From assembly GCA_965214705.1 (NCBI GenBank), contig CBDCCI010000002.1, positions 2,978,944 through 3,042,943 on the forward strand: 64,000 nt of DNA. The letters run 5' to 3'. Under the pieces are notes generated by a model. That model was not told where the DNA came from, did no database searches, and was given only the letters and a program-made list of their open reading frames with translations. Positions 1 to 9,583 of this stretch are shown here, piece by piece. Origin of the DNA: Alphaproteobacteria bacterium. Its GTDB lineage: Bacteria > Pseudomonadota > Alphaproteobacteria > UBA828. Position numbers and translations under genes: made by a program. Numbering within the stretch: the stretch's first letter is position 1; each line of letters begins with the position of its first letter.

Positions 1-65
1 TCGTATCACTTGACCGTCGCAACGACCGTTGCGTCGGGCGCCGATCCTGAACCGCCTTCGAACAT
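1..65 (-). pseudogene. 5' end of a cold-shock domain gene with an early stop; runs off the window
   Basis: Reads MFEGGSGSAPDATVVATVK*Y; the paralog starting at 39563 reads MREGGSGSAPGATVVATVKWF, so TGA replaces the conserved Trp codon. Confidence 0.75.
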
Positions 66-404
66 GGAGAGCGACCTGCCTGCCGTGAGTTGCCTGGGCC
101 AGACCGCCGCCTGGCCACCAGCCCAATGACTGTGGCGGGTGGTCTCCGCCGCAGGGCCGTCATCATAGCCACGGCCGGGATGCGACGACAGGCCGCCGCA
201 CCCCTCATCTCAGCCTTGAGCGTCCGCCGCGTGGCGAAGCGGCGGCGTCTACCACCCGCAAGCTTTTCGCCCGACGCGCTCACCGTCAGCTCCTACGGCC
301 CGAACGCCGACGACAGGCAGAGGCCGGCCGTGACGCGGGCGGCGGGGGCGGCGCTGCGGAGCTTGTCCCCGCCGTCGGCAACCACCACCGGGGGAGACAA
401 CGCA

Positions 405-728
405 ATGCGGACCGGCCGGATGTTCCATCGCGACGCGCAGACCTTTCTGGTCCACCTGTTCGGCAGAGGTCTCGAGGACGAGCGCTACGTCGTCGAGAAG
501 TACCGCTCCCATCCCAACGGCGAGATCGAGCCCGTCCGGGCGGAGCAGCCCAGGACAAAGGGCCGGCGCAGGCCTCGCAGGAAGATCGTCTCGCGCAGGG
601 CGGTTCGGGAGTTGCGGCCCGAACGCGACGAGATCATCGTCTGCACCGGGGTCACCCTGGCGCGGTCAGGGGTGCAAATGTGGGGGGTCCAGGCGACAGG
701 CTTGCTGACCACCCGCTACGCGCGCTGA
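405..728 (+). CDS. Small basic hypothetical protein (107 aa)
   Basis: ATG after GGGGAG; paralog at 29396-29716 (LVHLFGRGLEDERYVVEKY vs LVHFFGGGLQEGGRYVVERY; RPERDEIIV vs RPVPNEIIV). Confidence 0.75.
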   Translation: MRTGRMFHRDAQTFLVHLFGRGLEDERYVVEKYRSHPNGEIEPVRAEQPRTKGRRRPRRKIVSRRAVRELRPERDEIIVCTGVTLARSGVQMWGVQATGLLTTRYAR

Positions 729-743
729 CCGGGGTGGCCGGCC

Positions 744-1553
744 GTGCCGCTCAGGGACCCTGCGAAGAAGAAGGCGCGGGATCTTCGCCACCGTCAGCGC
801 CACGCCGCGCGCACCGCCGGCGGCCGCTGCACCCGCTGCGGCCGGCTTCCTCCCGAGCCCGGCCTCAAGGTATGTACCGACTGTGCCGAGAAGCGCCGCG
901 CCGCCGACCGTGCCCGCCGTGCGAAGGCGCGCGCCGAGGGCAAGCAATATGGCGGCCGCGATCCGGAGCAGTGCCGACGCGCCGACCGCGCCGGCGACAG
1001 GCGCCGCCGCCGGGCGCGTCAGGAGGCGGGACTCTGCACGTCCTGCGGCCTCCGCCGGCCGGAGGACAACCGCTCCGTCTGCGAGCCATGCCGCGAGGAG
1101 CGGCGCGCACGCGACCGCCGGCGCTATGACGCGCGGCGCGCCGCCGGCAGTTGCGTGCGCTGCAACCAGCCCACGGTCGGGAGCCTGTCGCGCTGCGGCC
1201 GCTGCCTCGCGCTGGAGAAGGAGCGCGTCTCTCCCGAGCGCGAGAGCGCTGCCGGGAAGAAGCGCTACGCCGCGAGGCGCGCGCAGGGCGCATGCGTGGA
1301 TTGTGGAGTCCTCACCGGGGGCGCGGCGCGCTGTCCGCGCTGCGCATATCGTTCTAACTCCCGCGCGCCAGAGCGTCACCTGGCGGCGCTCTGGCCGCCG
1401 CAGATAACCGTGGTCGAATTGGAGACGGGCGACGAGTTGGGCGTCTTCGAGACCGAATCCGAGGCCGCCGCCTGCATCGCTTTCGCCCGCCTGCGCCCTG
1501 ACCAGGTGGAGATCCTCTCCAACGTCCCGCTGATGGCTCTGTCGCCGTCGTGA
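744..1553 (+). CDS. Arg-rich protein with four CxxC...CxxC putative zinc-binding repeats
   Basis: CTRC/CTDC, CTSC/CEPC, CVRC/CGRC, CVDC/CPRC; C-terminus FETESEAAACIAFARLRPDQVEI conserved in the paralog ending at 32764. Confidence 0.8.
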   Translation: MPLRDPAKKKARDLRHRQRHAARTAGGRCTRCGRLPPEPGLKVCTDCAEKRRAADRARRAKARAEGKQYGGRDPEQCRRADRAGDRRRRRARQEAGLCTSCGLRRPEDNRSVCEPCREERRARDRRRYDARRAAGSCVRCNQPTVGSLSRCGRCLALEKERVSPERESAAGKKRYAARRAQGACVDCGVLTGGAARCPRCAYRSNSRAPERHLAALWPPQITVVELETGDELGVFETESEAAACIAFARLRPDQVEILSNVPLMALSPS

Positions 1554-1795
1554 GCGGGCCTCGCCGCAGGCGTTCCGAAGGTGAGCCCGCTCCCGACGTC
1601 CACGATCCCGAGTCGGCACCAGGGCAGTCACCGGCCGTGCGGTCCGCGAGGCCTCGTGAACCCGGCGGGCCTCTGAGCAGGCCGCAGGCGAGAGTGAAGT
1701 GAGGCTTGGAGAAGGTGAGCAGGGCGGGGTCGAGAAGAGGCTCCAGCCCGCTCGTCAACCTTCGTCATCAACTCGAATCGCAAGGAGACACGATC

Positions 1796-2242
1796 ATGGC
1801 GTTCGGACTCAACTCCGCTCAGATCATCGGCCGGCTGGGCGCCGATGCGACCATCAGCAACCTCGCCTCCGGCGGGCGCGTCGCCAATATGTCGGTGGCG
1901 ACCGACGAGAGCTACATCGAGAAGCAGAGCGGGACCCGGATCGACAAAACAGAGTGGCACAGGGTGGTCAGCTTCCAGAGCGGGCTGATCGACATGCTGG
2001 AGAAGCACGCGAAGAAGGGCCGGTTGGTCTACGTCGCGGGCAAGCTGCAGACCAGGAAGTGGCGCAAGGACGGCGAGGACAGCGACCGGTTCTCGACCGA
2101 GATCCTGCTGGTCCCCGGTGGCCGCGTTCAGTTTCTCGATCGTCCTGCCGGGGCCAACGGCAACGGTGCCCAGGTGTCCGACGGTGAGGCTGCGCCGGCC
2201 GGCGATGCCGCGACGGCAGGGGCAGACGGCATTCCGTTCTAA
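1796..2242 (+). CDS. ssb: Single-stranded DNA-binding protein
   Basis: IIGRLGAD, KTEWHRVV, KGRLVYVAGKLQTRKW, C-terminal DGIPF; AAGGAG RBS. Confidence 0.95.
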   Translation: MAFGLNSAQIIGRLGADATISNLASGGRVANMSVATDESYIEKQSGTRIDKTEWHRVVSFQSGLIDMLEKHAKKGRLVYVAGKLQTRKWRKDGEDSDRFSTEILLVPGGRVQFLDRPAGANGNGAQVSDGEAAPAGDAATAGADGIPF

Positions 2243-2277
2243 TTGCTGAGCGCACTTCTCCCTCGCGCTCGCTCCAG

Positions 2278-2317
2278 AGCCCACCCCGCGTTCCTCCCGC
2301 GCGGGGTGGGCTTTTTT
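2278..2317 (+). terminator. Intrinsic terminator after ssb
   Basis: Stem AGCCCACCCCGCG / CGCGGGGTGGGCT followed by a T-run. Confidence 0.75.
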
Positions 2318-2520
2318 CATGCAGCGCATTGCGAGTCCCTCACGGGCCGGACGGCGGGGCTCGCGCTTCGCGCGCCGCCCGCCGTCCCGGCGCCGCCAGG
2401 AGAAAGAGTGAGGCCGGAACCGGGCACGTCCCATCCTGAAGCTGGCGAGGTCCCCATGCTCTTCATCTCCGCTCTCGGTCCCGGCTTCGCCGGCTCCCGC
2501 CCCCGCTCGAAGTGTGCGCC

Positions 2521-3501
2521 ATGAACGCGGCCTCCGTCGCCGCAGCACTCGCCGAGCGCGCCGAGGAGGTTTGCCGACGATATCTGCCCTACGGCCGCCG
2601 CCGGGGCAGGTATTGGGTCGCGGGCGACCTCGACGGCGGACGCGGGCGATCCCTCTTCGTCCGTCTCGCGCCCCCGGGCACGCCAGGGAAGTTCACCGAT
2701 GCGGCCACGGGGCAGCATGGCGATCTGCTCGACATCATCCGCCACCGCATCTGCGCGCCGACGCTTCGCGCGGCGCTCGACGAGGCCCGCGCCTTCCTCG
2801 CCCGGCCGGCTGCGCCGGCCTCGGGCTCGGGCGACGCCTACGACGCCACCAAGGCGGCGCGGCGCCTGTGGCACCGCTGCCGCGCCATCGACGGCACGCA
2901 TGCGGAAGCCTACCTGCGCGCCCGCGGGCTCGCGCGCTGCCGCTTCGCGGCCCTGCGCTTCCATCCCGCGTTGCTCTACAGGGATGGCGGCGGCGTTCGC
3001 CGCCTGCCGGCCCTCGTCGCCGCCGTGACCGCTCACGACGGCGACATCGTCACCGGTGTCCATCGCACATGGTTGGACCCTCGGCGCCCCGCGAAGGCAA
3101 ACCTCTCATCGCCGCGCAAGGCGCTGGGCCGCGTGCACGGCCATGCCGTCCGTTTCGGCGCTCCCGGCGCCGGTACGCTGCTGGTCGGCGAGGGGATCGA
3201 GACCGTGCTGTCCGTCGTCACCGCCATCCCCGACACCGTCGCCGCAGCAGCGCTGTCCGCCGGCAGCCTCGGCGCATTCGCGCCGCCTGCCGGCGTCACG
3301 CGGCTGGTGATCGCGCGCGACAACGACCCCGAGGGAGAGCGTGCCGCCGAGCGCCTCGCCCGCCGCTGCGCGCGGGCGGGCGTCGCCGCCACCGTCATCG
3401 TGCCTCGCGGCACCGACTTCAACGAGGACTTGCTCACATTCGGTCCCGCCGCGCTTGCCGCCTGGACGGCGGCCGCGCTCGCAGACCGGGAGCCCGGGTG
3501 A
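2521..3501 (+). CDS. Toprim-domain DNA primase-like protein of plasmid/ICE type
   Basis: DAATGQHGDLLD, AEAYLRARG, LRFHP, GVHRTWL, VGEGIET, IARDND, DFNEDL. Confidence 0.85.
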   Translation: MNAASVAAALAERAEEVCRRYLPYGRRRGRYWVAGDLDGGRGRSLFVRLAPPGTPGKFTDAATGQHGDLLDIIRHRICAPTLRAALDEARAFLARPAAPASGSGDAYDATKAARRLWHRCRAIDGTHAEAYLRARGLARCRFAALRFHPALLYRDGGGVRRLPALVAAVTAHDGDIVTGVHRTWLDPRRPAKANLSSPRKALGRVHGHAVRFGAPGAGTLLVGEGIETVLSVVTAIPDTVAAAALSAGSLGAFAPPAGVTRLVIARDNDPEGERAAERLARRCARAGVAATVIVPRGTDFNEDLLTFGPAALAAWTAAALADREPG

Positions 3502-3577
3502 AGCGGGCGAGGGGCGAGCCGCATGGAGAGGAGAGAGAGTCCTCTCCACGCCGGCATCACGCTACCGGGAGAGCACA

Positions 3578-3805
3578 ATGAGCACCGACATCAGGTTCCG
3601 GCGGGTGGGCGAGAACGAAGCCCGCGTCTATCAGGACGGCGACTATGTCGGGGACGTCTTCCGTCACGACGACATCCTCAACCCCGGCGCGGTGTTCTAC
3701 GTGGTGCATCTCAGCGAAGACCCCCGCGGCCCCGTCAGGGTGCACGAGCGCCATCGCGTCCGCGAGGTCGCCCGCCACCTCCTCGACACCCACCCGATGC
3801 TGTGA
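3578..3805 (+). CDS. Small hypothetical protein (75 aa)
   Basis: ATG after GGGAGAG; globular-looking composition (MSTDIRFRRVGENEARVYQDGDYVGDVFR). Confidence 0.55.
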   Translation: MSTDIRFRRVGENEARVYQDGDYVGDVFRHDDILNPGAVFYVVHLSEDPRGPVRVHERHRVREVARHLLDTHPML

Positions 3806-3940
3806 GCGGTGACGAGCGCCACCGGCGGTGTCAGCGGCGGCACCGGGAGCGGCTCGCCCTCGATCCCGTTGCCCGGCCCGCGGCCGGTACCGCGTCTTTC
3901 ATCGCTGCGGCGGTGCCACGCCGCCTGCAGGAAACAAAAA

Positions 3941-3954
3941 TTGAACGAAGCCGC
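3941..3954 (+). repeat. Probable left end of integrase + IS91-like element
   Basis: TTGAACGAAG(CCGC); inverted copy CTTCGTTCAA at 50374-50383 lies downstream of an IS91-like transposase C-terminal fragment. Confidence 0.45.
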
Positions 3955-4171
3955 TACGCGGAGTTAGCGGCGTAGAGTTCATTCATTTCCGAGGCGTCGC
4001 GGGTGCCGTTTGTTCTGTGCGTTCGCTTCCCGGTTGCGTCAGTGGCGCTCCGCCCGTCGGGTGGCGGATCCCCAGCAGCCTCCCGATCACCAGTGGTTAG
4101 CATCGACCCCTGCGACGGACCGTCGCCGGATCGGTCCGGCGGCGCGCCGTCGCGATCCAGGGAGATCGATA

Positions 4172-5050
4172 ATGACCGGGACCGCGTGCGACACGAACAC
4201 CGTCACCCCTCTTCGCCAGCGCATGGAGGAGCAGCTCCGCATCGCCAATCTGGCCGCGAGCACGTCCAAGGCCTACATCTGCGAGATCAAGAACCTGGCC
4301 AGGTACTACGACGCCTCGCCGGACGAGCTCGACGCCGAGCAGGTGCGCCAGTGGTACCTGGGGCGGATCGACAAGGGGCTCAGTCCGGGCACGACCAACG
4401 TCTCCTTCGCCGCGCTGAACTTCCTCTACATCGACACACTCGGCTGGCCTGACCATGTCGCCGGCCTGCGCTCCCGCAAGAAGCCCGGCAAGCTGCCGCG
4501 CTACATGTCGGAGCAGGAGGTCGAGCACCTCATCCTTGCGACACCCGACCTCCGCCACCGTGCTGCCATTGTCACCGGCTATGGCGGCGGGCTCCGCATC
4601 TCCGAGACCTTGGCCATCAAGGTCGGCGACATCCTGTCGGAGAAGAAGCTGCTGCACATCCCCTCCGGCAAAGGCGGCACCGAGAGAATGGCACCGTTGC
4701 CGGACATCGTCATCCACTACTTGCGCGTCTACTACAGGAACATCTGGCCGCGTCCGACGAGCTGGCTCTTCTACGGCGTCTCGCTCGACAGGCCCATCGC
4801 AACGGAGACCTTGCAGGCCGCCTTCAGGAGGGCGCGCGACATTGCCGAGCTCGACCGCAGCTACACCTTCCATTGCCTGCGCCATTCGGCGGCGACCCAT
4901 CTCCTCGAGCGCGGCGGCGATATCGAGGTGATCCGGGACATGCTCGGCCATCGAAGCGCGAACACGACCCGTCACTACGCCCGCGTCACCGGCAAGATGT
5001 TCGAGGGCCTCGACCACCCGATCTCAGGCTTCGCAGCGTTGCGCAACTGA
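4172..5050 (+). CDS. Tyrosine recombinase associated with an IS91-like transposase
   Basis: GGGLRISE, GKGGTER, HCLRHSAATHLLE, LGH...TTRHY. Confidence 0.92.
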   Translation: MTGTACDTNTVTPLRQRMEEQLRIANLAASTSKAYICEIKNLARYYDASPDELDAEQVRQWYLGRIDKGLSPGTTNVSFAALNFLYIDTLGWPDHVAGLRSRKKPGKLPRYMSEQEVEHLILATPDLRHRAAIVTGYGGGLRISETLAIKVGDILSEKKLLHIPSGKGGTERMAPLPDIVIHYLRVYYRNIWPRPTSWLFYGVSLDRPIATETLQAAFRRARDIAELDRSYTFHCLRHSAATHLLERGGDIEVIRDMLGHRSANTTRHYARVTGKMFEGLDHPISGFAALRN

Positions 5051-5056
5051 CGGCGC

Positions 5057-5235
5057 GTGGAGGCCGAACGCGCGGGCGTGGCGGAGATCTTCCGCCGCGC
5101 CGGCGCCGCTTTCCGTGAGCGCCACAAAGGGCGCATCGACGCCGCCCGGCTCAAGGTCATGGGCGCCATCGAGGCGTGCCGCACCGCCGTGCTCGGCGGC
5201 CACATGTACGCCTGCGAGGGCTGCGGGCGCGAGCA
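5057..5235 (+). pseudogene. IS91-family transposase N-terminal zinc-binding region, cut by group II intron 1
   Basis: VAEIFRR...KVMGAIEACRTAVLGGHMYACEGCG; stops at the intron 3' end. Confidence 0.85.
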
Positions 5236-5296
5236 ATCGCGGTAGGGAAGCGGGTTGCCCCGCTCCCCCCGCGCAGATCCGGACGTGCCCGCTAAG

Positions 5297-7267
5297 CCGA
5301 ACTTCCCCAGCAGATATTGAGCTAAGTTGTTGCGGTGGCTTTCCAAACCACCGTTTCGCGGAGTCGCGTACTGGGTACGCTACAGGCTGACGCCAAGCAG
5401 ATCGAGCGCCTGGCGCTGTACCGGCGTCGGCTTGGTGACCAGATCGAAGGGCGGTGCTCCGGCGAGTTTCGGTTGAACGCGGTTCCTGGCGATGGTCGCC
5501 AAATCATCGAGGAGCGTGCGGAAGCTGTGCACCGGCATCCCGTCTGGCGTGCGTTTGCCGGCGGCCTTGCGACGGGCGGAGGGCGAGGGCTTTGCCGGTG
5601 AGACGATGGAAGCGCGCGCGGCGTCCGCAGCGGCCGGGTCGTCCTCGTCGAACAGGATGGGGGCGAGCCTTTGGCGCATGTGCCATTCGACGTGGTAGGC
5701 GAGCATGCACAGCAGCACGTGGGCGCGCACGCGCTCGGGGCGGTAGTGGTGGATGGGCCGCACCTTGAGGTCGACGGTCTTGACGCTGCGGAAGGCGCGC
5801 TCGATGCGGCTCAATCCCTTGTAGGCGCGCACCGTGTCCTCGGCTCCGAGCTCGCCCTCGGGCACGCTGGTGCGGATGACGTAGAGGCCATCGAGCGCCG
5901 CCTCCTCGGCGATCCGCTCCCGGTTGCGCTGCCAGGTGAAGCCGTCATCGGCGATCTCCAGCTCGAAGTGCTTGGCGACCTTGTGCTTGCCGATGACCTT
6001 GCCCACGCGCAGGCCGATCTTGTCCTTGCCGGCGAGGCGGCGCTTGGCGCGCCGTGTTGCCGCTCGGATCTCGTCGAGGTCGCCCTCGGTGGCCTGGAGC
6101 AGGGCCTCGCGCTTGCGCGCCCTCTCGACGGCGAGCAGCGGGTTGCGGCAGGCGATCAGGCGTTCGCCGGGGAAGTCGGGATGATGGATCTCGGCCAGGT
6201 CGCGTTCGTCGAAGAGCGAGGGCTGCAGCGTTCCGCTGGAGGCCAGCTCCCGGATCGCCGGCGCCCGCAGCGCGCTGATCCACTCCAACCCGGCCGGCTT
6301 CACCTCCTCGCGGATGCGCGCCTCGGTGAGCATGCCGCGATCGCCCACCAGCACCACCCGCGAGAGGCCGAAGCGCCGGCGCAGCTTGTCGATCTGGGAG
6401 CCCAGGGTGGCCGGATCGGCGGTGTTGCCCTCGAACACCTCCACCGCCACCGGGCAGCCCTGCGCGTTGCACAGGAGCCCGAACACGATCTGCAGCTTGC
6501 CGCGCTTGCCGTCGCGGGAGTAGCCGTGATGCGCCAGCGGGCAGCAGCGCCCCTCCAGCCATGTCGAGGTGACGTCGTAGAGTACCAGAGCGCCGTCCTC
6601 GAGGTGACGCTCGGCCAGACGCCGTTCGATCCTGCCCTGGCGCTCAAGCAGCCAGTCCATCGCCTGGTAGAGTTCGTCTTCGTCGACCTCGCCCAGGTCG
6701 AGGGCCTCGCCGAGGCCGCAGCTCAGGGTGTCGCCGCTGAGCCCGCGTGCGGTGGCGAGCTTCGAGCGCGGCGCCACGATGCGGGCGACGATCATCGCCG
6801 CCGCGAGGTCGCGCAGCCGCGAGCGCCTGGCCGCGATCAGCCGTTCCAGACCGAGGCCGCGCAGAGCCCCGAGCACCGCTGCGACATGGCCGAAGGGACG
6901 CGAGCGGGTGATGTCGAAGCCGTCGTCCTCGCGGCGCTTCTCGCCGCGGGGCACAGCGGTTCCGCCGCGCAAGAGGATGCGCAGGCCCTCGACCAGGTGC
7001 GGGGGCCACCTGGAGAGGTTGGCGAGGGTGCGCTTTCTGATTTTTCCGCCTTCGCGCCATGATTCGCGCAGGAGGATTGCGGGGGGTGAGTTCCGGTTTG
7101 GGACGCTTTCGATATACATGGGGACGGATCATAGTGCCTGACCCGCAAAATATCAACGCCCCATCCTCATTTACATGGGTACACTTTGCATCCGCACCAA
7201 CGGCCGATACGTCCGCAAAAACAAAGACTTATGCCCGAAAATCAGCGAAATTCTGGGGGAAGTTCGG
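5297..7267 (-). mobile_element. IS1634-family element in intron 1 domain V
   Basis: IRs CCGAACTTCCCC / GGGGAAGTTCGG; 6-bp duplication GCTAAG at 5291-5296 and 7268-7273. Confidence 0.92.
5380..7119 (-). CDS. IS1634-family DDE transposase
   Basis: MYIESVPNRNSPPAILLRES, LYDVTS, GYSRD, VGDRGM, IERAFRSVK, RVRAHV. Confidence 0.93.
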   Translation of the reverse strand: MYIESVPNRNSPPAILLRESWREGGKIRKRTLANLSRWPPHLVEGLRILLRGGTAVPRGEKRREDDGFDITRSRPFGHVAAVLGALRGLGLERLIAARRSRLRDLAAAMIVARIVAPRSKLATARGLSGDTLSCGLGEALDLGEVDEDELYQAMDWLLERQGRIERRLAERHLEDGALVLYDVTSTWLEGRCCPLAHHGYSRDGKRGKLQIVFGLLCNAQGCPVAVEVFEGNTADPATLGSQIDKLRRRFGLSRVVLVGDRGMLTEARIREEVKPAGLEWISALRAPAIRELASSGTLQPSLFDERDLAEIHHPDFPGERLIACRNPLLAVERARKREALLQATEGDLDEIRAATRRAKRRLAGKDKIGLRVGKVIGKHKVAKHFELEIADDGFTWQRNRERIAEEAALDGLYVIRTSVPEGELGAEDTVRAYKGLSRIERAFRSVKTVDLKVRPIHHYRPERVRAHVLLCMLAYHVEWHMRQRLAPILFDEDDPAAADAARASIVSPAKPSPSARRKAAGKRTPDGMPVHSFRTLLDDLATIARNRVQPKLAGAPPFDLVTKPTPVQRQALDLLGVSL

Positions 7268-7289
7268 GCTAAGGCATCCGGCTCCTCCC

Positions 7290-8733
7290 TCAGGTCGAAC
7301 TGACGGCTAGTCGTTGATCCGGCCACGGGTGTCGGATTCTCAGCTTGGGCCAGTGTCGAGCTTTAAGTTTGTCGATGTCGGCCCATGTAAATCGGTCCTT
7401 TTGCGATCTGCGGCGTATAATGGCGAGCCACACCCGCTTTAGGCGGACGAGGAAGCGTTGTAAGTACCGGCTGCTGGTCGGGACGGCATAGTAGTTCAGC
7501 CATCCGTCCACCACTTTGCCCAGCCACCTGGCCGTATCCTCGATGTTGTCATGCATCCGCCTGCGTAGCACCTCTTTGATCCGCTTCAGGGTGCGGGCCA
7601 TCCTCTTCGCCATCGGCCTGCGCCCCAGCATGAAGTACCCCCGTCTGGTCTTCGCGCAGTAGTGTGTGAAGCCCAGAAAATCGAAGGTCTCCGGTCTACC
7701 CTGCCCTCGGCCTTGGCGGCGCTCTATGGCGTGCCGCCCGAACTCGATGAGCCGGGTCTTGTCGGGATGCAGTTCCAGGTCGAAGCGTCCGAGCCGCTCC
7801 TTTACGGCCTCCAGAAAGCACTCCGCGTCCTGCTCGTGCTGAAAACCCACCACAGAGTCGTCGGCGTAGCGAACGATGATCGAGTCGCCGTTGACCTCGT
7901 GGCTGCGCCACTTCTTCTGGAACCAAAGATCGAGGACGTAGTGCAGATAAACGTTCGCCAAGATCGGCGAAATCACCGAACCCTGCGGAGTTCCCCGCAG
8001 GTCGTCACGCCACTCTCCAGCTTCCATGACGCCAGCGTTCAACCACTTGATAATCAGCCTGATAACCCGCCTGTCCCCTATCCGGTGCTCTAGAAACCGG
8101 ACCAGCCAGTCCCTCGAAACCGTGTCGAAAAACTTGCGGATGTCACAGTCCACTATCCAGTTGATCTTGCGCCTTTCGATCCCGACCGCCAGCGCATCGA
8201 GCGCATTGTGCGCCCCACGCTCGGGTCGGAACCCGTAGCTAAACCCCAGAAACTCCGCCTCGTAGATCGGCGTCAGGATTATCTCCGCCACAGCCTTCTG
8301 GACGATCTTGTCCTCTATGGCCGCGACGCCGAGCGGTCGTGTGCCGCCATCCGGCTTCGGGATGTTCACCCGCCGTGATGGCGTCGCCCGGTACGCCCCC
8401 GAGTGCACTCGGTCGTGCAGGTCGGCGAGACGGCCTTCCAGCCCTTCCTTGTACATCCGCCACGTCAGGCCATCGACACCCGCCGCAGCGTCCTTCTTCA
8501 ACTCGAAGAACGCCCAGCGCAGCGCAGCGACCGTGACGTGATGGAGGAGCGTCGTGAGACGCACCCCAGGTTCCCTTTGTACAAACTGCCGTATCCGGTC
8601 AGCCGCTTGTGACACGCTCTCCCGGTCCTGCGTCCGGCGCGTGCTTTGGCCTTCCAGATTCCCCTTGGGCTCGGCCCTTGGCTCCACCGGCTCCGCCGGG
8701 GCAGGTGCCCCATTGTTCGCCGGCTTCATCGCT
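7290..8733 (-). CDS. ltrA: Intron 1 reverse transcriptase/maturase, main part; first codons at 14482-14516
   Basis: IPKPDGGTRPLG, GTPQGSVISP, RYADD, FDFLGF; removing intron 2 gives in-frame MNDMEKSDSAIV-AMKPAN. Confidence 0.92.
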
Positions 8734-8827
8734 GTCGGGTCGGAGGAGGCGCCCCGCGAGGCTAGCCTCCGTCCGCCGCTCAAACGGCCCGTACGGTTTT
8801 CCCGTAAGCCGCTTTCACAAAGGTGTC

Positions 8828-9451
8828 TCAACGAAGGTTCAAGGACGGAACCAGTGAGATCAGGCGAACAAGCCCGTATTCGTCGATCAGCTTGCGCTCC
8901 GGCAACTGTTTCCAGCCAGCGTTGCGCCAGCGCTTGCGACGATGCGACCAGAGCCGCCGCACGATCCAGCCGTCAAGCTGGTGGAAGAGCCCGCGGACGT
9001 GGGCCTTGCAATAGTATTGGCCCCATCCCCGAATGATCGGGTTGATCTCGTCAATCAGCTCCTGCGTGCTGACAGGAGCCTTGCGCCGGGTACGCTGGCG
9101 AATCTGGTCCTTGAAGTGCCGGATGGATTTCTCACGCGGAACCGCGTAGCGCGCTCCCCCGCGAACCCCGCTCTTGATCTTGGAGGACGACAGCCGGAGA
9201 GGCCGCTCGCCCTGCTTGATCTTGTAGCCGAGGAACTCAAACCCGTGCCTGACATGGACAATGCGGGTCTTCCCGGCGTTGAGGGACACACCCAGCTTTG
9301 CCAGAATCCGCCTGGCCGTCTCCAGTGCTGCGCGGGCTTCCCCGCGTGTGCGGCACGTGATCAGCCAATCATCGGCGTATCGCGTTAGTCGATAGCCGCG
9401 ACGACGCATTTCCCAATCGAACGGGGTCAGCAAGATATTGCTGAGCAGCGG
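8828..9451 (-). pseudogene. ltrA: Intron 2 RT, C-terminal half
   Basis: PLLSNILLTPFD, RYADD, FEFLGY, INPIIRGWGQYY. Confidence 0.9.
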
Positions 9452-9583
9452 ATATGGGAACCTTATGATTCTGGGAACCTGAGCCGCTGCGGGCGTTGAT
9501 TATCAAGGGATTGGGCACGGCTCAGGTTCCCATAAAAATCTGCTTTTCTCCTGCCGGTTTTGCCCCTGGACAGGAGAATCGGC

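Noticed and set aside
1-65. TGA at a conserved Trp as a sign of recoding
   Set aside because: TGA is the normal stop for many genes here; a point mutation or sequencing error is simpler
7290-8831. 513-aa RT ORF as called
   Set aside because: The first 33 or so codons are domains V/VI of intron 2; the real start is at 14516
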